Source: Azolla caroliniana (Eukaryota > Plantae > Polypodiophyta). Taken from it: a stretch of 64,000 nt of DNA. Positions 1 through 13,489 of this stretch are shown here, in pieces. Where the stretch lies: positions 6,882,001 through 6,946,000 of the forward strand of contig JBHGNT010000005.1 in the NCBI GenBank assembly GCA_043228905.1, written 5' to 3'. A program made the translations under genes and the position numbers. The notes beneath the pieces were generated by a model, which had not been told where the DNA came from, made no database searches, and saw nothing but the letters and a program-made list of their open reading frames with translations. Position 1 is the stretch's first letter; each line of letters starts with the position of its first letter.

Positions 1-1149
1 CCGGAGATGCGACAGCCAGAAAAATATGGCAAAGTGGCCTATGGTGGCCAACGACATTAAGAGATGCGGTACGGTACGCAAAAGAATGTGACCTATGCCA
101 GAGAATAGGTCAGCCAACGGAGCAAGCTCGTATGCCACGCCAGCCGGTACTACCACTCGAGCCATTCCAAAAGTGGGGGCTGGACTTTGTAGGACCGTTC
201 AAGCCACCGGCAATGAGAACGGGTAATCGGTACGTTATCGTCGCTACGGATTACTGCACGAAATGGGTGGAGGCCAAAGCTTTACGGGATAACACCGCTG
301 CGTCAACGACAAAGTTTCTATATGAGTACATCTGGTGCCGTTACGGATGCCCCATTGAATTGATAAGTGACCAAGGGGGGCATTTTCTCAGACAAGTGGT
401 GGAAAGCCTAACGACCTTCTATGCCGTGGTCCACAAACGAAGCACACCGTACTATCCACAGGCGAACGGACTAGCGGAATCAACAAACAAGACGCTCCAG
501 AACATCCTTCGGAAGATCGTCAACGAGAACCGGACAGATTGGGACACAAAGCTACATAGCGCGCTTTGGGTACCGGACGGTATACAAAACGAGCATCCGA
601 ACAACACCGTTCCGGTTGGCGTTCGGACTCGAGGCGGTCATGCCGGTAGAATTTCAAGTACCTAGCTTACGGATTCAGCTACGAGAACGGCTGAACGAGA
701 AGGAGTCGGAGACAATAAGGTTGACAGCGCTGTGTGAGCTGGAGGAACAACGGTTGGCCAACATCCTACATTTAGAATTAGAGCAACGGCGACGGAAAGC
801 ATTCGTCGACCGGCACAGGAAAGGTAACGAAAAAATGTTCGCAATTGGCAAACCAGTGCTAGTATTCCAAACCCGAATGGGCAAGATGCCGGGTAAACTA
901 AGGTTTAGATGGACCGGACCATATTGGCTAACACGGGAGTATAATGGGTCCTACCAGTTGGGGACACTTGCCGGCGAAGTGCTGGGCAAATGGGTGAATG
1001 GATTCCGGTTAAAGGCATATAGAGGACCGATGTCTAAGAACCCGTTTGAGCAAAGGACCAACGGCAACCACGAAGACGGCAGAGACGGCAAGCTGGTAAC
1101 CGGAGAGAATGTGGCCGGTAAGGGTCCGGGAGGACCAACGGACATGTGA
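1..1149 (+). pseudogene. Ty3/Gypsy (Tat/Athila-like) integrase, 3' end of pol of element X, one frameshift near 570-620
   Basis: WGLDFVGP, ISDQGGHF, STPYYPQANGLAE and GKLRFRWTGPY motifs in ORFs 132-665 and 616-1149; no chromodomain. Confidence 0.9.
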
Positions 1150-1518
1150 CGTCACACTAATAATAATAATAACAGAAAAAAAAAAACAATCATGCAAAAG
1201 CGAGGAAGGAATGGATGAAAGAGCGTGGAGCGAAAAGGTACGTAGTGGGCATTTAAAGCGCCACCACAGGACAAAATGCTATTTTAAGTACGCGACATGC
1301 ACAAACTCGAAAAAGGCGCCAGAATGCACAGACAAAAACCATTGCGCGTAGAGACCCTCTATTTTCGCGAACCAAGGAGCACAGAAGCACTGAAACGCTG
1401 CAAGATTATCAGAAGAGAACCTGCGCACAGAGAACCCCCACCTTCTGAACTCTCTCTTTCTCAACCCCGCTCTCATCACCATCCATCCTCGCCACCGCAG
1501 TCCGACCCCGACACAGAA

Positions 1519-4290
1519 ATGCACCCGCAAACGCTGTCGGAAGCCGCCAAGACATGGCTGAAGCAACACGGGCTCGAGGGTTTCCTGATGATGATGGAAG
1601 TACCGCCACACAAAGAAGCCGACAAAGTGATCAAGGAAATCGATACAGAGGTCATAACGGCAGAGGCGATTCGAGCGTTAACAGGCCTTCCGGAGGGAGG
1701 CATACTCACGATCGACAATCCAACCCCGGAGCAACTCATTAGGTATTTTGGTGAGTACTCTCTAGCCAGCAAGGGCTATCGGACACAGGGTGGCGGAGAT
1801 ATGCTGTTCCGCGAAATTGCTTGTGTGCTCCATGAATACGGCCACGTATACCCTAGACCCCCTATCATGCCGCAGAACCGGGCAGGGATGATCATCGCCA
1901 CCTATGAAGGGATCAAGGTGGATTGGCCGGTATTGATCGCAGACGGGTTGTGTGCGGCGATCGAGATCGTTAGAGGCAAAGACGGCAAAGAAGGCCAAGA
2001 CAGACGAAGGATATGGCATGCCGTAACGCAGTGGCTCACCTTGCTGGTGCCACCCGTTTAGACTGTCCAGCCCAAGAAGCGAGGAAGAGTGCCGGACGGC
2101 ACCCCAAGGACGGCTTCCAAACGGCAACAGCTGTTGGCCTCTAAGGCCAGTAAGGGAAAGGCGGCGGTGGCAGACCAGGCGGCAACAGGAAGTGGCAGCC
2201 GGAAGCGCCCAACGGAGGCGCAGGAGGAACCACTGGCACGGTCCGTAAAGGTCACACTCCGCCGACCGGTGAATCGAGAAGTGGACCCCTTGGCGGCAAA
2301 ACTCAATGCCGGAGCTCAGGAGGAGGAAATAGAGGAGGAGCCTACGGAGCACCTTCAGCGACGGTCGTCGGCAAGGACCGTTGAGACAGCCGGGAAACGT
2401 TCAGACCCTCAGACGGAGGGAACACCGGCTCCCCATACTGAGACTCCTACGCCAAGGAAGGAACCGGAACCGGTGCAGAAGAAACCGGAAAAAGAAGCCC
2501 CGGCACCACCGGCAACACCGGCAAGTCCCATTCCGCCAGAGCCGGAAAGGTCACTGCAGCCTCCCTCGGTCAGCCAAGAAGAAGCGCAAGGGGACCAAGG
2601 ACAGTAGGATGGTCCACGGGCAGAAATGGAACTGCAACTCGGCGCAACCAGGCGGGACCACCCCTCTACAAGTGAGCCCATCTATCAAACCTCCGTGCAA
2701 GCACAACAAGGCACCGGTAGCCTGTGGCTCCGGTGGATAGGCGAACAGATAGCCGGAGCAGTGGGGTATATAGAGGCGGAAGAAAGAGCGCAAAGCGAAC
2801 GGTTGCTCGTCACAACCGAACAACTAGAGACGGCCCGGTCCAGAATCCGGTGCCTTGAGAAAGATTTGGATCAGGTCACGATAGAGATGGCTAGGATCCA
2901 ATCACCGGTGACTCCGGTAAGTGTACAGAATAATGAAACGGAACGACCTGTACATAGGAATAAGACCCCGGCAACGGAAACCGTTCCGGTGAGAGAGGCG
3001 GCGCAAGCTCGGGAGCTTGCAGAATTGAAGGAGGAACTTGCCGCACAAGAAGCGCTAAGGAGCCGTGAACGAGAATTGAAGACGGCGGCCGAAGCCGAAT
3101 TAAAGAAGACTGCTGAGAACCTCCGCCGGGTAGAGGAGAGCCTCCGGAAAGGCCATCAAGCGTACGACCGGCTAAAGGAGGAGAAAGACAAAGTGCTGCA
3201 GGAAAAGGACAAACTGCGGAAAACGGCGGAAACAGAGATAGAACGGCTAAAGGAAGAGCTCCGCCAGCAGAAGGACCGCGAGGACCGGGCCCGCCGTCAG
3301 ATCAACGCACGGCTCAAGCAAAAGACGGATGATTTTGAGCACCTGCACCGGGACTACAAACGGCTGGAAATAGAGCATAAAGAACGGATAGCCGAGCTCC
3401 AGCAGGCAGTTGATCGGGCCGCAACGGCGATCGCCGACGAACGGGCGGAAAATACAAGACGCTTGGAAGAGGCGGAGAAGGTCCGGATGGAGCTCCAGAA
3501 GCAGCAGCAGGAAGACAAAGAGAGAGCGTCTACAGTGTTGCAGAAATTACAAAGTACATATCAAAGGCAACTGACGCATTACAAGGCGCAGGCGGAGGAC
3601 AACGTAAAAATCATCAAACAACTGAAGGAGGAACGGCAAGCGGCAGAAACCAAATCGCAATTGGGAACGAGCCGGATTCAGTCCATCCTCCGGGCATGGC
3701 TGAATCAGACGAAGCACTTGATTGATGAAAGCTCCGTAAAATGGTGGACAAAATGGGCACAAAACGCGGCGGAACTCCAGCTGCGACGGGCGGATGTGGC
3801 AAACCGGCGGAAGGAAGGAGATGATTGTTATACGCTGACTTCCGAGGACTTCACCGCCATACGGGACGAGCTGGCCGACGACTTCCAAGTCCTGGTAGAT
3901 GAACAGCTGGCGTAGGTCGGGCAGCTCGTAGCTCAGCTGGACGACGATAGGCTGGACGCTCAAATCCAGTTTGAAAGCTACGAGCGGTCCCGGGTACGGG
4001 AAGAAAAAGCACAGGAAGCGACAACGGTTAACCTTAGTGATGAGGAACCGTCGTCAGCTGAGGGCCGGCCGGGAACCAGTCAACCGGAGACCACCACGAC
4101 GCAGGGAGCAACGATGGAGACGCCGGTGTCAGAGCCACAAACGGAGGAGCAACCGCAACAACCACCAACGGACCCGCCGCAGCAGACAGCAACAGAGCAG
4201 CAATAGCAGCAACAACAACAACAACCACTTCCAGATGAACCATTGGAGCCTCTCGAACAGAGCATTTTGGACATTTTGGATGAAGAATAG
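1519..4290 (+). pseudogene. Extra ORF of element X (~920 codons): globular N-terminal domain, Pro/Glu-rich linker, long coiled coil
   Basis: ORFs 1297-2061, 2089-2607 and 2626-3915 share one frame, interrupted only by TAG codons; the frame continues to TAG 4288-4290 with one more TAG at 4204. Confidence 0.8.
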
Positions 4291-4325
4291 CAAGGGTCGG
4301 TTGTGGATTCGACGTACAAGGTACT

Positions 4326-4342
4326 GTCCCACGGGCGTGCCA
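4326..4342 (-). promoter_or_regulatory. Primer-binding site, tRNA-Arg type
   Basis: Minus strand reads TGGCACGCCCGTGGGAC, 2 nt after the LTR end; resembles the complement of the plant tRNA-Arg 3' end (...GTCCCACCRGGCGTGCCA) with a 1-nt gap. Confidence 0.8.
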
Positions 4343-4344
4343 TG

Positions 4345-4760
4345 TGTTACCGGCCTAACACAGGGTGTCTACGTGAGACACTTCACCAAAGGGTGTTACG
4401 GCAACCGGATTAGACTTCAACGCTTAATCCGACTTAGTTAAGTTACGTATTAGGATCGTCTTCACAACACGCGTAAGATATAACAATTAAGACAGAACGG
4501 CAAATGACACAGAGATATAACGACGCTTAAGCTTTCATTAATTAACCGCTAACTATTACATTGTATCCGGGCCTTTAAATAGGTTTCCGGTCTGTATTAC
4601 AAAACGGTGCCATCCGCACCTGTTCGGGATCGGTTCGGATCCGGAACGGCATATCGATTCCGGTCCGTCCGTCCACACTCATAGCTTAATTACAACCACA
4701 TTCCTACTACTTAATTAGCTCTCCGTTTCCCACTCTGGACTCCTTTGCCGGCCGGTAACA
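4345..4760 (-). repeat. LTR (416 bp) at the end of element X, oriented on the minus strand
   Basis: 11-bp inverted termini TGTTACCGGCC...GGCCGGTAACA; minus-strand TATA-like CTATTTAAAGG near 4571-4582; PBS on its left; host RT sequence resumes at 4761. Confidence 0.85.
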
Positions 4761-6899
4761 GTCGTCAGACACCTATGCGAGCCATTCAGTCGGAAACCGT
4801 CACCGGCCAAGGTAGAGGCCATCTCTGTGATGAAGCGTGACTGCAATTCGGTCACGGAATTCTGGAGATTCTTGGGAGCATGCGCGTTCTACCACATCTG
4901 GATCCCGCATTACGCCCACGTCGCGGAGCCGCTCTATGGATTGCTGAAGAAAGGGCGTAAATTTGAGTGGAGAGAGGAGCATACGGAGTCGGTCCGGAAA
5001 ATGAAAGAAGCACTTGCTGCGGCGTTGGCACTCTAGAAAGCGGTCTACGGTAAAGACATTCCGATTTACGTGACCGTAGACACGAGTTCAACCGGAATCG
5101 GATGGGTGATCAACTAGGAGGATGAGAATGGCATGAGGTTCCCCATCCGGTTTGGCGCGAAAGTCCTTAGTGAACGACAATGAGGGTACGCCCAGGTTAA
5201 ACGCGAACTCTGGGGTATCGTTTCGGTGGTCAAGGCCGACAAAGACTACCTAATCGGGACGGAGGAAATAATGGAGACGGACTGCCTGCCGATTCTCGGT
5301 GTGGTTTCCAGATGCGTGACGCCAGACTTGGCAATGCTCAGGTGGATAGCGTACATCAAGTCCTTGAATCCGGAAATACGACACATTTTCTGAAAAGACA
5401 ATGCCATGGCCGACATGCTTTCGAGGGCGAGATTTGATGATGAGGACGAGATGGTTTCGAAGGATGAAGAAGTCGGCGTGGACTTCTTTGAGACGACTTT
5501 CATAACAACAAGGAAGGGGAGCACTCCGGCGCTTAACGAGTTCGACGAGAGCAAGTACGACGGGGAGTGCCTCCAGAACGGCCTGAAGACAATGACACCG
5601 GACGTGGCGTGGATGAAGGAAGAGACCAACCGGATTCGGAAGAAAGCGTACCGATTCTTCCTACGGGACGGGTGCATATGGAAGCACCTGAAGAAGAGAA
5701 ACGACATCCCACTCCGGGTTGTGGCGAAGAAAGAGGAACAGGTGGAACTACTGTCGGCGTTCCACGAGAGTCCCTGGGTCGGACACCGCGGGACGTGGGC
5801 CACATTCGAGAAGCTGAAGGGGAAGTACTGGTGGCCGGGACTATACCGGGACATGCATAAGTTCGTGACGGCTTGCGAAAGCTGTCAGATGCACTCCATA
5901 GTCCGACATCAGGATGAGCTCCACCCGACCTACCCTCCGACCGTCCACTTCAAGTGGATGGTGGATCTAGTGACGATGCCGATGGGGGTAGGGCAGATGC
6001 GATATCTAGTGCTGGCTCGAGAGGACCTGACAAACCAGGTGGAAGGCCGAGCGTTGCCGAACAAAACGACCGCAGTCGTGTACCGATTTCTGATTGAAGA
6101 AGTGGTATGCCGGTACGGGTGCGTAGGAAAGATCGTAGCCGACCGCGGAGAACTGGACGCACAAGAGGCTGAAGAGTTGATTGACCAGCTAGGGGTTAAA
6201 CTCTCGCTCACCACCGCGTACAATCCGGAGGCGAACGGGAAGGTGGAACGCGGACACGGGCCGATCGTCAAAGTGTTAGTGCGGGCATGTGGAGGCCAAG
6301 TCAGAAACTAGCCGCAACTCTTACCCTATGCGTTGTGGGCCGATCGAACTACACACAGTTCGGTAACCGGGTTCATGCCGGTGGAGCTGATATACAGGCA
6401 GAAGCCGGTCATACCAATGGAGCGAACGATCTCCTCATGGGACACGGTGGACTGGAGAGACGAGATGAGTCGGGAGGAGCTGTTAGCGGCGCGGATCCAA
6501 CAGCTCGAGCGAACACCGGAGGATGTGGAACAAGCCGCGGAAAAGTTGCGGGCCGCGAGGGCAAAGAACAAGGGGCGATTCGATCAGACTCACTGACTAA
6601 GGCTGAAGAAAATCAAGGAAGGCGACTGGGTTCTGGTATATGACAACAACCTCGACAACCAGCACAAGGTGATGCGGAAGTTCGCAAGGAAGTGGTTCGG
6701 GCCTTACGTGGTGACAAGCGCCAACGACAACAAGACCTACCATCTCGCGGAGCTTGACGGGACGAGGATGGCAGTACCGGTGGCCGGGAAAAGGATCAAA
6801 GCGTTCAAAAAGCGGCACGAGGATGAACCAGACCCGGACGACCTGGATAGCGAGGACGACCGGTTCGGAGCGAATGGCGATCCGGAGGACGAAGGGTAA
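4761..6899 (+). pseudogene. Gypsy pol (RT thumb, RNase H, integrase) with multiple stops
   Basis: FLGACAFY, ADMLSR, GHRG...CESC zinc finger, ADRGE, AYNPEANGKVERGH, WFGPY. Confidence 0.9.
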
Positions 6900-7522
6900 G
6901 TGCGGGCCGGTCTTCTCTGGCAAGAGTCTATTTTGGTGCGTACCAGTGGATGCGCGGTTAGGTGGGGGCGGATGTCGTGGAGAAAACCATCCCTAGGCGG
7001 AATCGGAGAATGATGTGAGCGAACCGGCCCTTACACGCGGGCACAGGTTTTGTTGTAATGTACATATTTAGGTACAAGTTGGCTGATGTGAATATCCTAG
7101 GTCGCATGGATTTGATAGGTAGGAAATTGAGGTATATCTTTGACCGAAAGGACAGAGAATAAAGATTATGTAACAAGTTGTAACGACCTCCCTCTTGGGC
7201 TATAAAAGTGAGGGAGAGGAATCGTGAAAGGGGATCGTTTTTGTCGAGGACAAAGTGTTGTTGGACTGGGACTGAGCACTTCCCCTCCGTCTTTCTCTGT
7301 ATTGGCTCTGTGCAGGTTTTCGGGAGGCTAACTCTGCTCTGCGGAACGCCTGAGTGCTTCCAACAAAGTCTCCATCTCACTCTTCTGTGTGCGTGTGCAT
7401 AGGCGTAGGAGATTTGTCGCTCACTGGCCTACCGGTTGTAACCCTTTTTTCATCAGAATATATATATATATATATTGTAAAGAATCAAGAGATGGATTCT
7501 TGTGAAGTGGAATAGGTGTGAA

Positions 7523-7600
<78 letters not shown>

Positions 7601-8147
7601 ACGCAAGGTTTAAAGTATATTAACAAAGGAGAAAGACTCAACATTATACAAGGTGGGAGGAAGGTGCTTTATGTAGTCAACCTCTCTCTTCATTAACTAC
7701 AAGACTCATGGAGCATGGGGAATGTGAAAGCTCATAAGTTATGTGTCATAGAATATGATTCTATGACTCATACGCTAGAATACAAGGTGGTGACATAATG
7801 GTGACTCTTGACCATTGGAGTGCCTCTTCACTCTCAAGGTGAGGTCACACACTAGACCAAGTTGAGCTTGATTCTCAACACGCCCCCTCAAGCTCAAGTT
7901 GGGTCGGTTTCAGACGGTATCCGAAATTTGCTTCAACTTGTGTTCCGGAGTCCGCATTGACTCACGTCGACTCGCTTTATGCGGAGTTGTGGAATCCGTG
8001 CTCCCGCTTGCGTTGTGCGTAGTTACGAAGTTTGTGCTTCAGCTTGCGTCTTTCTTCGTGGCTTTGCACGGTAGATCGGCTCTTCGCTGCTTCGTTGCGT
8101 GGTTGCGGAATCTACGCGTTATTGCGTAGTGTCTTCAGTACTCCGCC

Positions 8148-11100
8148 TCAAGCTTGGCAGGTCAGGGATCGTCAATCCGAGATCAGTCATGAATTTCCAT
8201 AGCTTGTCGGCTCCTAAAGCTTTAGTGAAGATGTCAGCCGTTTGAAGATTCGTGCTAATGTGTTGTAGGTCGACATCGCCAGCCATAACGCGCTCTCAGA
8301 TGAAGTGATAGTGCACTTCGATGTGCTTTGTCCGTGTGTGGAACACCGGGTTCCGAGCCAGATAGATACTGCTCATGTTGTCGTAGTAAAGGGAAGTCGG
8401 ATCCTTGATGGGTACGCCCAGATCCTTCAAAATCCTCTTGAGCCATACGGCTTCACACGCAACTACGGCTGCGCCCCTGTATTCCGCCTCCGTACTCGAA
8501 AGAGCAATGGTAGGCTGCTTCTTGCTACTCTAGGATATTGCTCCACTGCAGAGGGAGAAACCAAATCCGGAGGTTGATCTTCTATCCGCTTTGTAGTCGG
8601 CCCAATCAGCGTCTGTGTACCCCTCAAGTCGTATTGGCATCGCGGTTTTGTAGAGGATGCCGCAATCCATTGTGCCGCTCACGTAGCGTAGAGCTCGCTT
8701 AGCGCAATCCAAGTGAGTATCACGCGGTGTTTGCATGAATTGGCTAAGGAGACCGACCGGATAACTGAGATCGGGTCGAGTGATCGTGAGGTAGATGAGA
8801 CTCCCGATGAGTTGCCGATACTGAGTTGGCTCACACGCTTTGGTGCCGGAGTTCGCATCCAGTTTGAGATTGCGATCGAGGGGGCTTGCCGCGGATTTGC
8901 ACTCAGCCATAGCAAACTTGTATAACAAGTTGAGGATGTAGTGCCGTTGAGAGATCATGATTCCGGCCGGAGTCCGAATTACCTCGATGCCGAGGAAGTA
9001 GTGGAACTCCTTCATGTCCGTCATCTCGAACTTGTCGGAAAGGAGGGATTTGACCTTATTGATGTCGACGAGATGCTCCCCGCCAATTACTAGGTCATCC
9101 ACATATAAAATGATGACGATCGGACTTGTGGAATCGCTTCGTATGTAGAGGGAGTTGTCCGATTTTGACATACGGAAGCCGATTTGATGAAGATATTGCG
9201 TTATCTTCGAATGCCAAGCACGCGGTGCTTGCTTGAGGCCGTAGAGAGGCTTCTTGAGTTGGCAAACAACTTTCGGATGGGTGCTCGAGTTGAAGCCGGG
9301 TGGTTGTATCATGTACACCTCCTCTTCTAATTTGCCTTGTAGAAAGGCGTTCTTGACGTCCATTTGATGGAGGTGCCACCCTTTTGCCGCGGCAAGCGCA
9401 ATTACGGTCCGCACTGTTGTCATCTTTGCCACCAGGGCAAAGGTCTCCTCGTATTCAACTCCGTGCGTTTGGGCATAGCTTTTCGCTACGAGTCGCGCTT
9501 TGTAGCGGTGGACGGAACCGTTGGCATTGTACTTCACTTTGTAAATCCATCTGCATCCGATCGCCTTTTTGTGTGGTGAGGTAGGAACGAGATCCCACGT
9601 CTTGTTCTTGCGTAGTGCATGCATCTCCTCGTTCATGGCTTCGATCCATCGTGGATCCTTGGCTGCTTTGGAAAAGGTTTCCGGCTCCCGTACTGTTGCT
9701 ACCTTCATCATAAAGGCGTAATGGTACGCCATATAATCGTTGTAGCCGAATCGGCTTACAGGGTTATTTTCACGAGTGGATCGGCGAAGCTTTTCATTTG
9801 CAGAGATGAGGGCTTTCTTAGCTCCGATTGGTACATCGAAGCCACCGAACTCATTGTCGAGTGAGTGAGTCGATTCATTGTCGTCGAAGTGATCGTCTTC
9901 ATATTCCGCCATTTTCGCCTTGCCTTTGTCCATCTTCGAGCTAGACCATGATGTGCTTTGATCGCTCAATAGCTCTTGAGGTCCACTCAGTCAGGTCATG
10001 ATCGGACTTTCTTCGATCATGCGCGTAGAGCAATCTTCATCCTTGATCTCTTGGTCGGCAGATTCCGGGTCGAGCGGAGTCGGAGTCGGAGTTGTCTCTG
10101 GTGCGTACCAAGATGTAGACTCGTCAAAAACGACGTCTCGACTTACTCGAGATTTTCGAGTTGAAGGGTTGTAGCACTTGTACCCCTTTTGCTCCAATGA
10201 GTATCCTACGAGGATACATTTCTCCGACTTCGGGTCAAGCTTTTGATGCTTCTCGTCGGGGATGTGCACGTACGCTATCGCTCCGAATATGCGGATGTGC
10301 GATAAGTCCGGATTCTTTCCAAAGTATTTTTCGTGCTGAGTGACCTCATGCATGCCAGATGTTGTGCACCAGTTCATTAGGTAGACGGCCGTATTTGCAG
10401 CTTCGGCCCAATATGACTTAGGCATATGCTTCTCGTTCATCATGGCCCGCGCTACTTCGAGGATGTGCCGTTTTTTGCGCTCGGCTACCCCGTTTTGTTG
10501 CGGAGTGTGTCGGCAAGTGAATTCTTGCCGAATTCCTTCATTTCGGAGATATGCCGTGAAGTCGTCCGAGAAGTACTCCTTGCCGCCATCCGATCGAAGA
10601 CAACGTACATGTCGGCCCGTGGCTTTCTCGACTTCATTCTTGAAAGTTTGGAAGTGTCCGAACACTTCGCTCTTTTTCCGCATCGGGTAGATCCAAGTGT
10701 GCCCAGAGAAGTCGTCGATGAAGAGCACGTAATATCGGCATCCGTTGAATGTACCCGTCTGCGCCGGTCCCCATACGTCGGAATAGACTACGTCGAGTAG
10801 ACCTTTGCTCACATTCCGCTCTTTTGGGAATGGGTGTCAGTGTTGCTTGCCGAATTGGCACGCTTCGTATACACCTTCAATCTCCTTTTCTTTGAATGTC
10901 GGGAGTTCGATGAAGACTCCTTTCGATTTCATTGCTTTGAGTTTGTTGAGATTGATGTGGCCGATTCGCTTGTGCCACAACTCTATGTCGGAGTCGACTT
11001 TCATACCCTTTGCGAACATGGCCGATTTCATCTTGTGTGGGTCGAGAATGAACATTCGGCCCTCTCTTCGTCCGCGTGCGATGAGTCGGCCCTTTTTTCC

Positions 11101-12436
11101 GATGAAGCAACCGCCTTGATTAAATCGAACTTGCATCCCTTGCTCTACAATTTGGTCGACGGAGACTAAATTCTTCGTAATGGTCGGTACATGCAAGACA
11201 TTTTTAATGTAATTTTGCTTACCTTCTTTTCCGAACGGAACATTGCCGATGTGCCGAATCGGGTGCGTAGTGTCATCTCCGGTTTCGACATAACCGGGTC
11301 GCTCCGTCTCTCGAAGTTCTCGGAACCATTCTTGATGCGATGTCATATGGTTCGAGGCACCGGAATCGACGAACCATACGTCTTCTGGACCGGACACTAG
11401 TTGAGGTAGCGGCCAACATAGAGTTTGCTCTATGTTTCATCATGAACATTTTGCCACGGTCGAAGTTGTGTGCATACATTCCGCCACGATCTTCATAGTC
11501 GGAGTTGTGCCCGTACATTCCGCTATACTCTTCGTAGTCGGAATTGTGCGTGTAATTCGTGAGTTGTCGGCTTGTGGAAGCCGATTCACGCATCTTCTTT
11601 CGGCACTCTTCTTCGTGGTGGCCGAGCTTTCCGCAATATCTGCATTCGGTTGCGTTTTGACGGCTCGGGCTGGAGTGAAAGCTCCCCCTTCTTGCGAAGG
11701 TTCCTCGTTGGCCTCCGTTTTGCGGCCAAAATTGGGAGTTGTTGTCGTAGGTCGGACCTCATCCACCTTGTCCTTGGCTGAATCGGCCTCTCGCTTCTCC
11801 GCGTCCTCTTCCTCCATTAGAGTGCATGTAGAGCATGTGGCCTTCCAAGTCATTGCTCCTTATATGCACGTGGTTTTCTTTGACCAATAGCATTGATTGG
11901 AGCTCGAAAAAGGAGGGAGATTTCTCTCGTGCTAGAATGGCGGTTCGCATCGCGCTGAACCATGGTGCGAGGCCACTGAGGCATATTTGCGCCATCTCAT
12001 CATCATCTATACTTACGCTTATTGAGCCGAGCGAGTTGCAAAGCTCCTTGATCTTCAAGGTGTATGTCGTGATGGACATGTCCCTTTGTTGAATGTTATT
12101 CAACTCTTGGCGGAGTTGAAGCTTCCTCGCGGTCGTGTTGGCGGCGAAAATCTTTCGTAGATTTTCCCATGCTTCCTTCAGTGTCTTGGCTTCTCGAATG
12201 TAACCGAGCATGTGGTCGTGAACACATGTCACCAAACAATACATCACGCGGCTTGCGGCTTGCTCCCATGTCGCGTATCTAGGAGCCGCTTCGGCAGGTC
12301 GATCTTCATGCTCTCCTTTGATGTAGCTCCAATAGCCTTGTCCGACAAGGTATTGGTGCATCTTGTACTCCCAAGATGCGAAGTTGTTTCGATCCAACTT
12401 CTCGGTAGGGAGAGCGCTCCCCATTTGAGTATTCAT
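8148..12436 (-). pseudogene. Copia gag-pol (Gag, zinc knuckle, protease, integrase, RT, RNase H) with stops and frameshifts
   Basis: WFVDSGASNHM, LRSDGGKEY, TPQQNGVAER, QMDVKNAFL, LYVDDL, GYTDADW. Confidence 0.95.
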
Positions 12437-12643
12437 TGTGTCGATTCTTCTTCTTCTTCTTCTCTCTTCGAATGCGTGCTATGTAGCGAAGCTACGATAG
12501 CGATGAGCCGGTTCTTGGTCGTTGGCGTGGAGCACAACACACGATCACGGTGAGGTGAATGGGCTAGATCGAGCTACCAAATCGCTTTGATACCATGTAA
12601 AGAATCAAGAGATAGATTCTTGTGAAGCGGAATAGGTGTGAAC

Positions 12644-12919
12644 TGACGGGAACTGCACTCTCCCTATACGCAACGCTCGGCCACAACCGAGCTTAGAATC
12701 ATACACAGAAAACGGGAAATAAAGAATGCACGACACAAAGAAGAGAAGTGTACACAGGATGTTTACGTGGAAAACCCCAAGCTAGGGAAAAAACCACAAC
12801 AGCCCACAGACTGCAAACTATCACTATGTTTGAATGTACAACATTGAGTTCATGGAGGCAACGACCTCGTGCTCACGGTCTTCGCCACAGGCGGCGGTTA
12901 CAACTGAGGCAACGACCTC

Positions 12920-12963
<44 letters not shown>

Positions 12964-13419
12964 CACAGTTACGCGCTCCGATCTCACGCAGACAAGAATT
13001 ACAACAAAAAACTAAAAGTTTGCCCTAAGTCATATTTATACTGATATGACTTTTCGGCTATTTACAAATATAGCCATGATGGACTCTCAGAAACATATTT
13101 ACGAATATGTCTCTTCATCCGGTGAGCACTCCTCATTGGGTCTGCACCATCCGGCTCTCCGTAGCCGGGTACTCCTCATCCGGTTCTCATCGGGTCTGCA
13201 CCATCCGGCTCTCCGTAGTCGGGTACTCCTCATCCGGTTCTCACCGGGTTTGCACCATCTGGCTCTCCGTAGCCGGGTACTCCTCATCCGGTTCTCACCG
13301 GGTCTGCACCATCCGGCTCTCCGTAGCCGGGTACTCCTCATCCGGTTTCGGCCTCGGCCGAGTTTGTTCATTGGCATTGTTCTTCTCCCTTCCCATCTGG
13401 AGGGACCTGTCTCCCAACA
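12644..13419 (-). mobile_element. Solo LTR of a C1/C2-related Copia inside the 5' LTR of C0
   Basis: TG...CA termini; TSD TGAAC at 12639-12643 and 13420-13424; four ~54-bp U3 repeats at ~13119-13345. Confidence 0.92.
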
Positions 13420-13439
13420 TGAACTGTGTGTGTGTGTGA

Positions 13440-13489
<50 letters not shown>

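Noticed and set aside
1519-4290. Host myosin/SMC gene or retroviral env
   Set aside because: Intronless, inside a retroelement, no ATPase or motor motifs, no evident signal or transmembrane segment
11450-11560. Three 33-bp repeats (HNSDYE..GMY) in C0 Gag
   Set aside because: Linker expansion between knuckle and protease with no further support
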